Part shown: piece by piece, positions 25,061 through 39,480 of the stretch
Numbering within the stretch: position 1 is the stretch's first letter
Layout of the letters: every line of letters starts with the position of its first letter
Assembly: GCF_018977255.1 (NCBI RefSeq)
Contig: NW_024704743.1
Location: 100,194,001-100,258,000 of the forward strand
Direction: 5' to 3'
DNA from: Callorhinchus milii
Taxonomy: Eukaryota
Length of the DNA: 64,000 bases
Notes under the pieces: model-generated
Told to the model about the DNA's origin: nothing
Databases searched by the model: none
Seen by the model: the letters and a program-made list of their open reading frames with translations, nothing else
Made by a program: the position numbers and the translations under genes

Positions 25061-27827
25061 AGAATGAGTCCTGGACTCAAACTCAGTTTTATTTCTTCTG
25101 CTGTGTATTTTAGACCTGACTTTGGTGGCAGCATTGCAATCATAGAAATATACAGCACAGGACGAGATCATTCAGCCCATCGTGTCTGTGCTGGCTCTTA
25201 AAACAGCTATCCAAATCAATTTCACTCCCCGTAGCCCTGCAAACTTGTCCTCCCCAAATAATTATCTACTCTCTTAAAAGTTGTTATGGAATCGGCGTCC
25301 ACTACCCTTTCAGGCAATGCATTCGAGATCCAAGCAACACACTTATATAATAAAAAAGGAGGCGATTGGAACCTACTACCACCATCTCAATATTGTACTC
25401 TAAAGTTGACAGCCCTTGAAACGGCAGATAAATGTTCTGGTGAGATTCACCACCACTTTTATGTCAGGAAGCTGACATAAAAAGGTTTTGTCACAGTTTC
25501 CTTGCATGGATGGACATGAATTGAAAGTCTGCGGCCAGAAAAGTCAGGTGTGAGATTTGGAATCACTAACTAGGCTGTGTTTCATGTTCCATTGCTAAAT
25601 AAAGGGAGAGAAAACAAGATCCCAGTACCAACGGCCTCAGTGTAGTTCAGAGCTAGTTCTATTTGAATTCCAGAAATAACCATTCATCAAAGTTGTACTG
25701 AGCCTACAAAATTGAAAGCTTTTGATTTCAAGCTCTTGGTATGATCTGCGAAGGAGGAAGGATAGCAGTTGCTCACAATAAGCATGTAGGTTGAGAGTGG
25801 TAGAGATTGAGGATTATTGCTGTGGACTATTTCCTTCCATTGCCACTGAAACACCTGATAATAACGACACACTAAAGGGGAAAGAGGAAGGCCATTTGGT
25901 CCATTGTGTCTTTCTTGACTCCACTAAGAAAATCCTTTCCCATTTCCTTGTCTTTTCCCCATACCCTGTAGCTAACGCTGAAGAGATTTGTCTAGTTCCC
26001 TCTTGAAGGCGAATCTGGATTTTGCCTCAACCACTGTTCTGCAGGGCATTCTGTATCCTAACAGTTGGTGGTTTTGAAAAAAAGTACACAAGTCTGGTAT
26101 TGAAATATAAATACTTAAAAGGAAGGACCGGCAAGCTTGTTGAGAAAATGATAAAATAAATAAGTGGTATGGCAATAAAATTATCCCTGATGTGACCCGG
26201 TGCCAAAATACAAATGCAGAATATTACGGAAGGCAAGTCCTGGAATTGAAAGCACTCCCTCGTATTTAGACCTCTTATCATTAACAAACTGAAATCCAGC
26301 TGCAGAAATCGGTGGTCTTCAGAAATATTCTGTCAGAGAACATCAATACATTAGAATTCATTAGAATATACAGTACAAAAACAGGCTATTTGGCCTAACT
26401 GGTCTATGCCGGTGTTTATGTCCACATGAGCCTCATCCTGCCCTTCCTCAACTAAGCCTTCAAGCATAAACTTCTAAAAGGTTATCAAGTACCTATCTAA
26501 GCCAACATAACCTCATGAAGATTAAATATTTTATAGTTTTTGCATTGTGTGTGTTGCTTGATATTTAACCCTTGTAATCCAACCTAAAAGGAGCATACTG
26601 GATTTACGGATGTAAATTTTTATAAAATCTATTCTCGTTGATCAGCATTGTTCACAATTGAACATACTGTTTATCAAAAAGCAAATATAAAGAGCGTGAC
26701 AATGTTGGAAGGTATTAACATCCTCCTTCACAGAATACTAGAGAAGATATAGCAAATTAGAGGTGGGAGGAGGAGGGAGAAATAATTTGTCTTGTGATAA
26801 TTATATGTAACAAACAATTTTGCCACAGTGCAAATTTTAGTTCATTACATTTAATTGCCTAGCAAGTATATCACTTATACTACCCTACTCCTATAGGATA
26901 TAGATGTACAATTAATGAACCTCAAGTGAGACCAAAGTAAGAATTCTTCAACCTCTTCTCTCTCTCCTCTCTTCCTCCCCCCCCCAACCCCTTCCCTCGA
27001 ACAAACACAATAAAAAACTTCTGTTATTAACTCCTTCACAACAGAGTATCTGGTTACGAATTGGAGGTCATGGGTACTTGTGCTTAATATAGAGCCTGTA
27101 CAAGCGCAAAGTTTCTGTTGCTGGAAGAGGGGACTTGTGGAGTGAAGAAAGCTAAAGCCTTTAACGATGTTGGAATGGATGAATATGGTGTTTTCACAAG
27201 ATTGGTTTGGATAAAGAAGACTGGTTCAGCCCTACAGAATACCCACCCTACTGTTCTTCCATCTCAGCATTAACATGCTTTTTAATTTTTTATTTGATCA
27301 ACTTTGGGAATCATAATTATGCAGAACTTTCCCAAAGAAATAGAAATTAGTATATCTATGGCATTGTTTTATATATATATATAATCAGAATGTCTGGCTT
27401 CTAAAGTGAATAAAATTGGGACAAAGAAAATCTGTTCCATAATCTTAACACAGTAATTGAAATGAACCAGTGTTTCTAATGGGAATGTGGGGTTTACTCT
27501 GGCAATTGTCTTTCCTATTTCCTGAAGATACTGACTCACCCATATCAAGGATTATTATAACTAACACCTCTCCAAAATTCATCTATATCAAATGCAAGGA
27601 TTATTATTATTATTATTATCTATGAATGAACAAAGACTGATGGCTGGTTATTTGACTATGAGGAGCATCAAAGCTATTTCTGTCCTTGTTCTCACTGAAT
27701 GTCCACATTATACACTGAAGTGCCACTGGATGTCTTATCCCTGCTATCTCAAAGGAATGAATTATAATCCAATTTGTGTCCTAACTCAGAAATAGTTTTT
27801 CACTCAAAATCCCTTTAGTGGGGAAAG

Positions 27828-27958
27828 AAAGCAAAATACTGCAGAAGCTTGAAATCTAAAAATGAAAACAGAATACGCTGGGAATACTCAGGTCAGGCAG
27901 CATTTATGGAGCGAGGAAAGTGAGTTAACTTTTCAAGTCGATGATCTTTTGTCAGAAC
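27828..27958 (+). repeat. Short dispersed repeat typical of chondrichthyans (tentatively Penelope-associated). Related pieces at about 37055-37155, 40220-40250 and 52225-52275.
   Basis: Shared aaatctgaaataaaacagaa...ctcagcaggtcaggcagcatctatggag...gtgagttaac...gtcagaac. The classification is from memory. Confidence 0.55.
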
Positions 27959-28443
27959 ATGTAGTGGAAACATCTTTGTCTTGACTGAAAGACTATTCTG
28001 TCTCCAAATGTTAGTACGATTGGGTATCATAGTCAGACTTGTGATACTTTGAACTATGACAGATAATTTAAGATTTTAGTGTGTCATGCTATGGAGTGGC
28101 TCTGCATTCCTGGAGGCAGCTAATGCAGCAGATTTCTTTTTGTATGCTATGAGGTGGAATCCACAGCACTCAAGAGGCCTCTATATGTGTGCACAAACTC
28201 ATCTGGTTAAAGTTATGGCATTTCTTGTTTTCCAAGCTTGCTTCGTTTTTTAGCCATGTCTGGCAGCTGGGAGGGGAAAACCACTTCAGGACACATGCCT
28301 TTGTTGGGACCATAAACGCTACCTCATTTACATCACAAAATTGCCTTGGAGGATCACTGCAATCAAAACATGGCATTTGTACATATTTTCTTGCCCAAGA
28401 TTCCACCTTGGTGTAGTATATATTACTGGGGGTTATCATGTAG

Positions 28444-28460
28444 TGTCCACTAGAGGGAGC
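28444..28460 (+). promoter_or_regulatory. Candidate CTCF site
   Basis: TGTCCACTAGAGGGAGC closely matches the CCAC(C/T)AG(A/G)GGG(C/A)GC core. Confidence 0.5.
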
Positions 28461-29584
28461 TTTTCATCATGATTGGTTTCCTTTTCTGTTTATTTAATAG
28501 ATAGATGGATGCAATGTTGTGACAGTTGATGCAAGGTTGCCTATACCACAGTTATTACTGCTATTTGTACGTAGAAATGTATATTAAACATTACACTGGC
28601 CTCAGATTCAATATCCTATATGGGATGGTACATGAGAGCAATGGGCTGCTCTACGAGAAAGAAAAGATGCATCTCCTACAGACTGATTATAAAGGATCTG
28701 TTTCAGGGTGTCAGCCTGGCTCAGTTAATAGTGGTCTTGCCTTGTTAGTCAGAGCGTGGGTTCCAGCCTCACAACAGACCTTTAAACTCATATAGGCTGA
28801 CACTTCAGTGGAGTGCTGGGGATGCACTGCATTGTGGGTGAGCTATTCTTTGGATGAAATATTACCCAAAGTCTTGTCTGCCTGTTCAGATGGATGTTAA
28901 AGATTCCATAGCTTCTACTTGGAAAAACTAAGGTAGTTTCTCCCACTGTCCTGCCAAGAATTCTGCAGATAAAAGTGGTCATTCACTACATGGCTGTTTA
29001 TGGGACATTGCTGTGCATAAATTGACTGACACATGTACTGACAAATACACAGCCACTACACTTGACAGTAAATCCTGTGAAGCGCTTTGAGATATCCTCC
29101 TGACGTGAAAGGCGCTATCTCAAATGCAAGGATTAATTTTGTATCTGAGAGCAGATCTTTTTCTTACTCTCGCCTCTTTAGCTGGGAGTAGTGTAGGCCA
29201 GGATATCAAACTCATTCAGAGCCAGATGAGCATAAAACATTGCATGTTGGTTACATTGAAATTTCTACTGCTTATGGCACCAATTCTACGGTTTACTGCA
29301 GCACTGCAAGACTAGGCCCAAATGTTACATTTGCAATAGACTATTGTTGACTAATTACTATCATAGAGCTTATGGGGGACTGAGGAGGGATTATACCACT
29401 GAAAGATGGTGAAAAATATCTTCTTGGAAGGACGTGTGCATCATGACCAGCAGTTAAAGATCTGGGATCAAATGTTGACGGCGACCAGCTTGCTTCAGTC
29501 CAAGGTATTAACTCCCTTGTCATGCCTAAATTCAACGTTTTTCAGTTAAACGCAAGCTTACACAATGAATACGCTCGCATTTTA

Positions 29585-29896
29585 TTATAATAATAATCCT
29601 TGCATTTTGATATAGCGCTTTTCACGTCTTCTAGACGTCTCAAAGTGCTTTACAGAATATGCTGTAAAGTGAATTGACCGTATATTTGTGGGCAAAACAC
29701 GGCAGCCAATTGCGCACAGCAGTGTCCCACAAACAGTCGTTAATTGAAGTGACTAATTTATTATTATTTTTTTTCTTGAGAAATTATTATCAGGCATGTG
29801 GAGTAACGAAACTTGCCCAAGGTTTCGCTCTGCTGGGAATTAAACCCAGGTCTCTCGCTTGCGAGGCAAGTCTCTAACCACTGAGCTGCAGGACTC
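29585..29896 (-). mobile_element. Young tRNA-headed SINE, full length
   Basis: Same head, core and tail on the minus strand. Confidence 0.9.
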
Positions 29897-32800
29897 CTGA
29901 ATAGTCTTTTGGTGAAGAGCAAGTCTTTAACAGGAGCAAAGGGACCAAATAAAAGTTTTAAGAGATGCCTCACTTTTTGGAATTGTGTTTATGCTAAAGT
30001 ATTCCATTCATAGGATTAAGTTGTGTTATAAAAATAAACAGCGCAGTAAATTTAGCCCATGTAATCCTCAAGTTTCAATAGCTGCAAAGTCATAACTGTG
30101 GCACCAGGTGGCTCTGTAGTGACTACACATGGTCCTGTGGTAGTCTTCTAAATGATAAACAAATAGCAGATGTGTGCACTTTTACTTGTTCTATAATTGA
30201 AACTTTGTTTTCTACCCACATAAAATTGATTTATTTTCAATATTCAACAAAGCTCAGGAGCTTTTCATTTGCTTTATAAGGAAAGGAAATTTTAATTTCC
30301 TTGATAGTGTATTCTGTGAAGCACTTTGAGACGTTTCGAAGACATGATAAGGTTCTATATCAAATGCAAGGATTATTCATACTATTATTATAATTTTAGA
30401 AGCAGATTTCCCCAATGGACTAGTGAGTAAAGACCTCCAAAGTGCAGCTCTACGCCATACAAGGTAACCCAATTTGTATAAAGCAGTGTCCCACAAACAA
30501 CCATAAAGCCATTTATCTGGGGGATTGTTGTCCAGGACACAAGGAGAAACTCCCTACTCTTTGTAAATCGTGCCATGGGATCTTTATGGTTCACATTAAC
30601 TGGCAGACAGTACCTAAGTTTAATAGCTCATCTAAAGGACAGTACCTCCGACAACACAGATCTCCCTCATTACTGCACTGGGGGACCTGAAGCCTTGATG
30701 AGGGAATTGAATAAACAACCTTTTGACCCAGTGGCAAGAGTTTGACCAACTAAGCTAAACTGACACCTGATCTTTATATCTGAGCTTGGATAGTGAGTGC
30801 TGACAGAACATGCAACTTCAGACAGATTCACAACTGGGTTCAATCTGCACTGTTCTTCCCACACCAACTGACCACATACATTCACTTTCCAGCAGAGATT
30901 ATTAGATAATGATCAGAACTGGGAACCTTTGATGATTTTCCCTTCCTTCATCCAAATCAATGAAGCTAATTCTATGGCTTACCAGAATTCATATCAGGGA
31001 CCAAACATCTGTATAATAATAATAATCCTTGAATTTGATATAGCGCTTTTCATGTCTTCTAGATGTTGCAAAGAATATACTAGAAAGTGAATTGACTGTA
31101 TTTGTTTGCCCACAAAAAATTATTATTATACAAATATTTGGTCCCTGATATGAATTCTGGGAAGCCATAGCATTACTTTTATTGATTTGGTTGAAGGAAC
31201 GGAAAATGGCTTTATAGTTGTTTGTGGGACACTGCTTTATACAAATTGGATTACCTTGTTTGTCTACAAATAATAATAATAATCCTTGCATTTGATATAG
31301 CGCCTTATTTTGCCCACAAAATATATAGTCAATTCACTTTAAAGTATATTCTGTGAAGTGCTTTGAGACATCTCAATGACGTGATAAGGTGCTATATCAA
31401 ATGCAAGTATTATAATTTATCATGTATTCGAGACCTCTCAAAGCGCTTCACAGATTATACTGTAAAGTGAATTGACTGTATATTTTGACTGTGTGCGTTC
31501 GAAACATGGCAGCAGCCAATTGCAGTGTCCCACAAACAGTTGTGGATTGAGTGACCAATGTATTATTATTTATTTTTTGAAGGAATTATTATCCCTGGAA
31601 AAGCGATCTGACAATTGACTAACAACCGGGTTCCTACTTACTGCCATGTAAACATTCAAATGTATGATCACTTCACTTGATGGCAATTATTTGTAAATTG
31701 TTTGGGACATTTTGACATTGTGGGCACAAGATTGAATGCAAAGACTAATATTAGTATTGACCAGATTTGAATATTTTATTTTCTGGTCTGCAGAGCTAAC
31801 TCTTGCATCTGATGGTTTATTCACCCATTATTAAGCTCACCTTTGGTCTAGTGAAGGTCTAAGTTCCAAAAGTAAAGGTCTTTTACCTTTAAGATAGAAT
31901 TAATTCCAGGTCCAATAATTTTCTCCTCTTGATTGTGATCTAGTAATCTGCTAGAAAGTGCTTTTGTGTGTATTAATACTGGAATTGGATGTGATGCCCA
32001 CATTCCATCCCCACAAAAACACACACACACACAATGAACACAAAATACAGTCACTACACTTTACAGCAGTAGTTGCCAAACTCTTTGGTTGGCTAACAAA
32101 ATAAATCTTTCTTGATTGAATATTTATTGATTTGTCGCATAAATCTGCTATTTTGTTATTTCCATGATTATTTTGTTGGCCAATCAAAAATGTTGACCAC
32201 CAGTGCTTTACAATTTATCATGTGAAGTGCTTTAAGATATCCTCCCAATGTGAAAGGTGCTATATATCAATTGCAAAGTTTATTGCTGTTATTGTTCATT
32301 TTACACTCACACATGTAGAATGTCTACTTAGATGTAGTAAAAGGGCTGTCAGTGTTTGTGGTACCAATCCCCACTGTGAATTTGTGTCATTACTACTCAT
32401 TCATATTTCTAGACAGCAATCATGAGCAGAAAATTGCAAACCTGGAATTAATTCTGGCATAAGGGTAAACAGACCTTCACCTTTAGTTCTTAGACCTTCA
32501 ATAGATGAGAAGTGAGCCTAATAATAGCCATGCCAGCATTTACCTGCCTAAGATTCAGATAATACAGATCTCTAATGAGTGAAGAAACCACCAGGGAAGG
32601 AACTGATGGAGAGGGAAAGAGGTTTTCAATTCTGCTCTAAATTATGGAAAAAATCTGAGTGAATCTTTCAACCAATTTGTTAATAGTGATCATACTCTGA
32701 CAGTTTGTGATTGAACACTGTTGCAGAACTATTTACTGGGTTATTAAACAGCAGGAATCAGCAAAACACAATCGTCAAGATGATAAAGTATTCATTATGA

Positions 32801-35800
32801 TTCCATCTGCCACTGTTTGGCTTGGAAAGTATAAGCACCAATGACTGCAATGAAAATGATAACAGGTTTTGAATCTTTCTGACACCACAGCAAATTACAC
32901 TTCACAGGAGTCCAGGTCATGGGGCCTGGTGGGCGAGAGTACACGAGCGGCAGAGTTTTGGATGATCTGCAGCTTGTGAAGGGAAGAGTTGGGAAGGCCG
33001 ATGAGGAAGGAGTTTCCGTAATCTAGCCTTGATGTGACAAATGCATGGATAAGGGTTACCATTGCAGATGGAGCAAGAGCCAGCCTTCATTAAAGACTCT
33101 GAGAGAAGCTCAGATTGTGTCAACCTTGCTCAGTTGATTCTCGCCTCTGAGTCAGAAGGTTGTGGGTTCAAGCTCCACATCAAGACTTTGAACTCACATA
33201 GTCCAGGCTGGCACTTCAGTGCAGTGCTGAGGATGTCTGCATTGTTGGAGGAGCTGTCCTTCGAATGAGATGTTAAACTATGTCCCGTCTGCCTGTTCAG
33301 GTGGATGCTAAAAGATTCCATGGCAAGGGGAAAAGGGGAGTCCAGCCAATAATCTCACAAATAAAATGAGTTGTTCACTTCATGGATGTTTGTGGACATT
33401 GCTGTATTCAAATTGACTGCTGCCCCCTCTCTCCTGTTTTTCAAGTCCTGCCTGAAAACCTTTCTTTTCAACTGTTCTTACGGTCACCTACAGCCCCCAA
33501 CCCACCCCCGACTCGGAGTCAGACTCCACCACTGTTAAGGGCTCTGAGACTCTACCCTGTGTGGCAGCTCTATATAAGTGCATATTATTGTTGTTTCGTT
33601 TGTCTAGAAAGTAAACAGTAACTACCTGTGAAGCACTTTGAGACATCCTCCTGAGCTAAAAGGCTCTACATTAAAAGTAAGGATTTTACTATTAAGTTCC
33701 CGGATATGCACCAATTATAAATTTTCCTGCATTTTCAGCTATGGCTTTAACAGTGTCTGAAGGAATGCTCATTATGTTTGTAGATTCTAATGGGCAAACC
33801 TGAAGCGTCTGATAAACAAAGATGAGAAGAGCTGAGTTGAAGCTGGGTCACTTACGTAAGCAAAGTTCCATTTTTATTTTGTTTGAACAGTTTAAACTGT
33901 TGCAGTAATCTTTCTCCCTCAGCTTATTACAGTGTAAACAGCAAACAGAAAAGCTTTCAAAGGAAAAAAGAAAGGACTTGTATTTTTGTAGAACCTTATA
34001 TCGCTAAGTGCTTCACAACAAGCGTAGTGACTGTTTTGCACATGGAGCAACTATTTTAATTGCAGAAACAATACACAAATAGTCATGAGGTGAATACCTC
34101 TATTCATCTAGTCAGCTTTTGACGAGACAACAGTCCTCAAAAATAACCTAGGATACTCTTTCCTGATTGTTACTCAGTGAACTTTTGCAAGGGTAGCCAT
34201 GTTCAGACGTGAGGTGAGGACAGCACCAGACTCAGTTGTGATGGCCTTTGCAAGTCAATGGTTTGCCATGCCTCACCAATGAGTAATTGTCACTTGAACA
34301 AGATGCCAAGAAGTGTCTCGTACACATGGAACTGGATTCAGGTGAAAGGAAAATGGAGTTAGAACATCCTTGGGAGAGGAGAGGAGAAAAATTAGCAAAA
34401 TATTTTTGTGGGAAGTACAACAACAACAAGATTCCATTTATAGAGCTCCTTTCACGTTGGGAGGATGTCCCAAGGCGCTGGACAGTTGGGTCAGGACCCA
34501 AGCAGGGGGGTAGATGGTCAGGGTGAGGGGAGGGAAGCGAAGGAGCGAGGAGGGGTAGAGAGTCGAGAGGAGAGCTGAAGGCACGGTCAAAGAGAAAGGT
34601 CTTGAGACCGGCCTTGAAGGAGGAAAAGGAGGAAGTACAGTGAGCATTAATATAATTAACAGTTTGCTCCCTCCAAACTGTATATCACAGGATTATGGAC
34701 TGGAGACTTGAAGCTTGACCTCTGGAATAGTGTTTCCATACATTTTATACAACATGTAACAAATCTCTTAAGGGTTCAGAGATATTATAGGGTAAACGCA
34801 GACAGAAAATCTTTCAGAAGGAAAAAAGGCCATTACAATTCTACAAAAATGGACATTTTTTTTCTTTCTTTTCTAGTGGTACATTTTAGCGGAAAGAAAT
34901 GATAAAACGATTCTTCTTGGCAAGCTGGTGCAGGCAGACTGCAGCTAAACCTAAATGAGAAATGGCCTCTGAATGTGCCTGATCTTTGCCAGTGAACATT
35001 CTCATTAGTTTAACCCTGGCTCCGACTGCCACCTCTCAGCCGCACTTCATTAAAACAGATTCTCCTCATCAATTGCAAATAGTTCCCCTGTGAGACACAG
35101 GTGGCAGCTCACTGTGTCTGGTTTGATTGACTGGGAGTGTAACTTTGAAATCATCAGAGTGACCTGAGCAAATCTATACAATGACTGGGATGTTATCAAA
35201 GCATTATCTTCGATCATTAAGGGAATGGTTTGCCTTCATTGAATATTGTTTGTGAAAAAAAACACCTCCCCAGCCTCAATGAGTAAAACTGAGGTCATGT
35301 CTTGTTCAGGTTAAAGATCTTGTTAACGATCTCATGATGCTATTTGAAAAGAGAAGGGAGTTTCTCTTGGTATCCTGGCCAACAGCCCTCCAAATCAAAT
35401 GATCATTCACTTTGTGGGGTGTTTATGGGATTTTGTTATGTGAAAATTGGCTGTCACATTTGCTTACAAACACACAGTGACAACACTAGACAACAATTAC
35501 CTTTGAAGCTCTTAAAATGTTTTAATGTTACAGGTATTGTCTTAAAAAATCAAGAATTGTCATTATTGCAAGCACCACATAGTGTGAAATTGAACCTTAC
35601 AGATCAGGGAAACCTAGGTTCGAGTCCTAGTCTACGTTGAAGTAGTTGATAGTCGAAACAACAGAGCACAATGAGGATTCATCACCCTGGGTTACAGAGA
35701 TGTAAAATCAGCCAGGATTCATACTCCTGCACCCCCACCCACTTTGGAATCCCACTGGAAAGCGTGTGTACTTTGGACAAGACCAGGATCTTGTTTGATA

Positions 35801-38146
35801 CATCTTGCTGCGTGCTTACGATCACCTCCTCCCTCCCCCCGGCTTGTCGTTAGGCTCTGCCACTGTCAAGCATTCTGGGACGCTACCCCCCATGAAGGGT
35901 GCTATATAAATGCAAGTTGTTGTTTTGTAGAAGATGGCTGGATTTGCAGACTGATTGCTGATCTAGCAACCATTCAGAATACTAACCACAGAGATATTCA
36001 TATGGGAGAAATGTGAAGAGCGTGATTTATGACATAGATTGTAAATCTATTTAATGACATGGAACGGTATTTTAAAGAGTGATGTAAATGATAATAATAA
36101 CCCTTGCCTTCGACATAGTGTCTTTCATGCCAGGAGGACGCCTCAAAGTGCTTCAAAGGATTTAAAAAGTGTTTTTTTGCAACCAACTTGCACACAGCAA
36201 TGTCCCACAAATAGTCATAAAGTGAATGATCTGTTTTATATGAGGGATTGTGGGCCAGAACACCAGATAAACTTGCTTTTCTTTTTGATTAGTGCCATGG
36301 AACTTTCATGTTCACCTGAACGAACATCTCATGAGATCTTAACATCTCATCTGAAGTATGGCACCTCCAACAATGCAACATTCCCCGAGCAATTGGAGTA
36401 TCAGCATATGTTCAAAGTTCCAACGCGGGGCTTGAACCCACAACCTTCTGACTCAGACGGCTACCAATGTGCCAATATTACACAATGCAGATGAGAGAGG
36501 ATAATATCTCTGTTGTGTACTGTGTTAATGTTCATTAAAAGTTAGCACTTCAACAGGTGAAAGCAACACAATCCAATAGAATTTATACGTATATAACGCC
36601 TTTTATGTCAGGAGTCATCAGGAGGATGTCTGAAAGCAAAAATCCTGTTAAAAGATTAATGTTTGGCTTAGATCAAACATTCTACAAATCAAATTTGTGC
36701 CTGAGAATACACAAAATAGGCTCATTCTTGTTGACAGAAATCCTGCAGTCTGTTAGCACTAGCATTGAAATGAGGATGCCGGCTCAGGAATAGATCCAAA
36801 TTCAGTTAGATTAGAATTGGTTATAGCGAATGCACCAAGGGGTCAGTCAGGACACGAGTCTCTTTTGCAAGACACCTACAGACTGCGCTTAAAGGGAAGG
36901 AGAGAGAAGATGTTTGTTTGTTTTCGTATCAAAGAAATATGTAATTTTTTAAAAAACTCTTACAGTTGCTCCTTCGCTGATTGCCAGTGGGTAAAATCAG
37001 TGGGAAAAGATATCACAAATTCAGCACCTAGCCTGACAGACACTAAGGCTGGTAACAAAACCAGAAGTCATTGGGAACACTCAGCAGGTCAGGCAGCATC
37101 TATGGAGAAAGGAAAGTGAGTCAACGTTTTGGGTCCACGGCCCTTCGTCAGAACCAGAATAAGGCTGATCTTACTCTTTGTTGCATTAGCTGATCTCAGT
37201 TGGACCAATATTTGGGACACTACAATTGGCAACATTTCACAAAGCGTCTGTGAAGTGTGACTATGTATTTATAATAGGCAATTAATGGGCTTTCAACCAT
37301 TCTACTCCAATCTCTGGAACTCTATATCAGAGTGCCTCCACCTTTCCCCTCCCTCCCAACCCCACCTTGAGACCTATTTATTGACTGTGCCAAACTCTCC
37401 TCAGATTCCCCCTCCCCAGCTGAGCTCTCCGACAGCTGTATGAAGCACTTTGAGATGTCCTCCCGAATATGAAAAGCACTGTATATATGTAAATTTGTTT
37501 ACATTCCCCATCACACCAGTTCTAACCAGGTTTCACTGGCTCCTTATTGTGAACAGATCAATTTCAATATCCTCACGTTTGTCTTCAAATCCCTTCATCC
37601 CTACCTCTCCGACATGCTTACCCCCCAACCCCCAACCCGCTGCCTCTGCTCGACTGGCTCCGGCCTTTTGTATGTCGCCCCTGCCCTCCATTCCACCATT
37701 GGTAGCCGTGCTTTCAGCCACTAGGCCACAAAACTCTGGAACATTTCTTCCTCTATCCCTCCACCTTGTCCTTTCCTTCCCCATCTTCAGGTCGTGCATG
37801 AAGACCTTCCAATTCAACCGTGCCTACGGTCACCTCCCCCTCCTCCCAGCTTGGCGTTGCAGTCCGCCACTGTCAAGCTCTCTGGGATGCTGCCCTGCAT
37901 GAAGTGTGCTATATAAATGCAAATTGTTCATAGAATCATAGAATTGTACAGCACAAAAAGAGGCCATTCGGCCCATCGAAATTGTGCCGGCTCTTTGAAT
38001 ACAGCAATTAATGTCAATCCCACTCCCCAGCCCTTTCCCCATAACCGTGCAAAACCGTCCTCCTCAAATATCCGTCCACTGCGTTTTCAAAAGTAGTTAT
38101 AGAATCGGCCTCGACCACCCTTTCAGGCAATGCATTCCAGATTTGA

Positions 38147-39480
38147 ACAACAACAACAAGAAGATTGCATTTATAGAGCGCCTTTCACGTCGGGAGGACA
38201 TCCCAAGGCGCTGGACAGTTGGGTCGGGACCCAAGCAGGGGGGAAATGGTCAGGGTGAGGGGAGGGAAGGGAGGAAGGGAGCGAGGAAGGGGTAAAGAAT
38301 TGAGAGGGGAGGTGAAGGCACGGTTGAAGAGAAAGGACTTGAGACCGGCCTTGAAGGAGGAAAGGGAGGAGGCGGCGAAGGCTCTGGGGGGGATGGAGTT
38401 CCAGAGCCTAGGGGCTGAGAGGCTGAAGGCCCAGCCACCGATGGAAGGGTGGTTAGAGCGGGGGTATGGAGCAGACGGAGCCAGAGGAACAGAGGGTATG
38501 GGGAGGTAAGTAGGGGCATAGTAGGTCGGAGAGGTAGGAGGGAGCAAGGCCGGGAATGGCCTTGTAGGTGACGATGAGGATCTTGAATTCGATCCTCTGG
38601 GGGATGGGGAGCCAGTGGAGGCGAGCGAGGGTGGGAGTGATGTGGTCACAAAGCCTGGTGTGGGACAGTACACGAGCTGCAGAATTCTGAATGACCTGCA
38701 GCTTGTGGAGGAAGACCGACGAGAAGAGAGTGCCCGTAGTCCAGTCTTGAGGTGATAAAGGCGTGTACCAGTGTTGCAGCAGCGTGAGGGGCGATGTTCC
38801 AGGTGCAGATGTGGGGAAGAAAGGACAGTTCAGGGTCGAACAGAACACCGAGGTTCCTGACTGGCTTTGAGAGGTGGAGAGTGCGGCCTTGGATGCTGAT
38901 GCTGTCAGCGCCTGAGGTGCGGAGGCACTGACGCGAGCCAATCAGGAGGGCCTCAGTTTTGCGCACGTTGAGCTGAAGAAAGTTGTCTCTCGTCCAGGAC
39001 TCAATGTCAGACAGGCAGGCTGTCAGGACATCGGTGGTCATGGAGTTGAGGGTAGAGGAGGAAAGGTAGAGTTGGGTATCATCCGCATACATGTGGAAGT
39101 TAACCCCATGTCTGCGGATGATGTCACCAAGAGGGAGCATATAGAGGGTGAAGAGGAGGGGACCGAGGACAAAGCCCTGAGGGACACCGCACGAGACAGT
39201 GCGGGGGCTGGAGGAGAAGCCGTTAGTGGAAGTAAAATGAAGAAGGTGGGAGAGGTAGGACCTAAACCATTCAAGGACAGGGCCTTGAAGGTTGAGGTGG
39301 GAGGACAAGCGGTAGAGGAGGATAGAGTGGTCGACCGTGTTGAATGCGGCCGATAGGTGAAGGAGGACGAGGAGGCAGAGGGAGCCCTGGTCGCAGATGG
39401 TCAAGATGTCATTTGTGACCTTGACCAGGGCGGTTTTTGTGCTGTGGGCAGCACGGAAACCCGACTGGAGGGGTTCAAAT
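38147..39480 (-). mobile_element. L2-clade LINE, 5'-truncated (~1.3 kb), frameshifted reverse transcriptase, inserted into an older CR1 3' fragment
   Basis: RT motifs [17 protein letters not shown]-like, [26 protein letters not shown]; (TTG)n tail. CR1 sequence flanks both sides (37928-38146 and 39481-39690). Confidence 0.93.
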
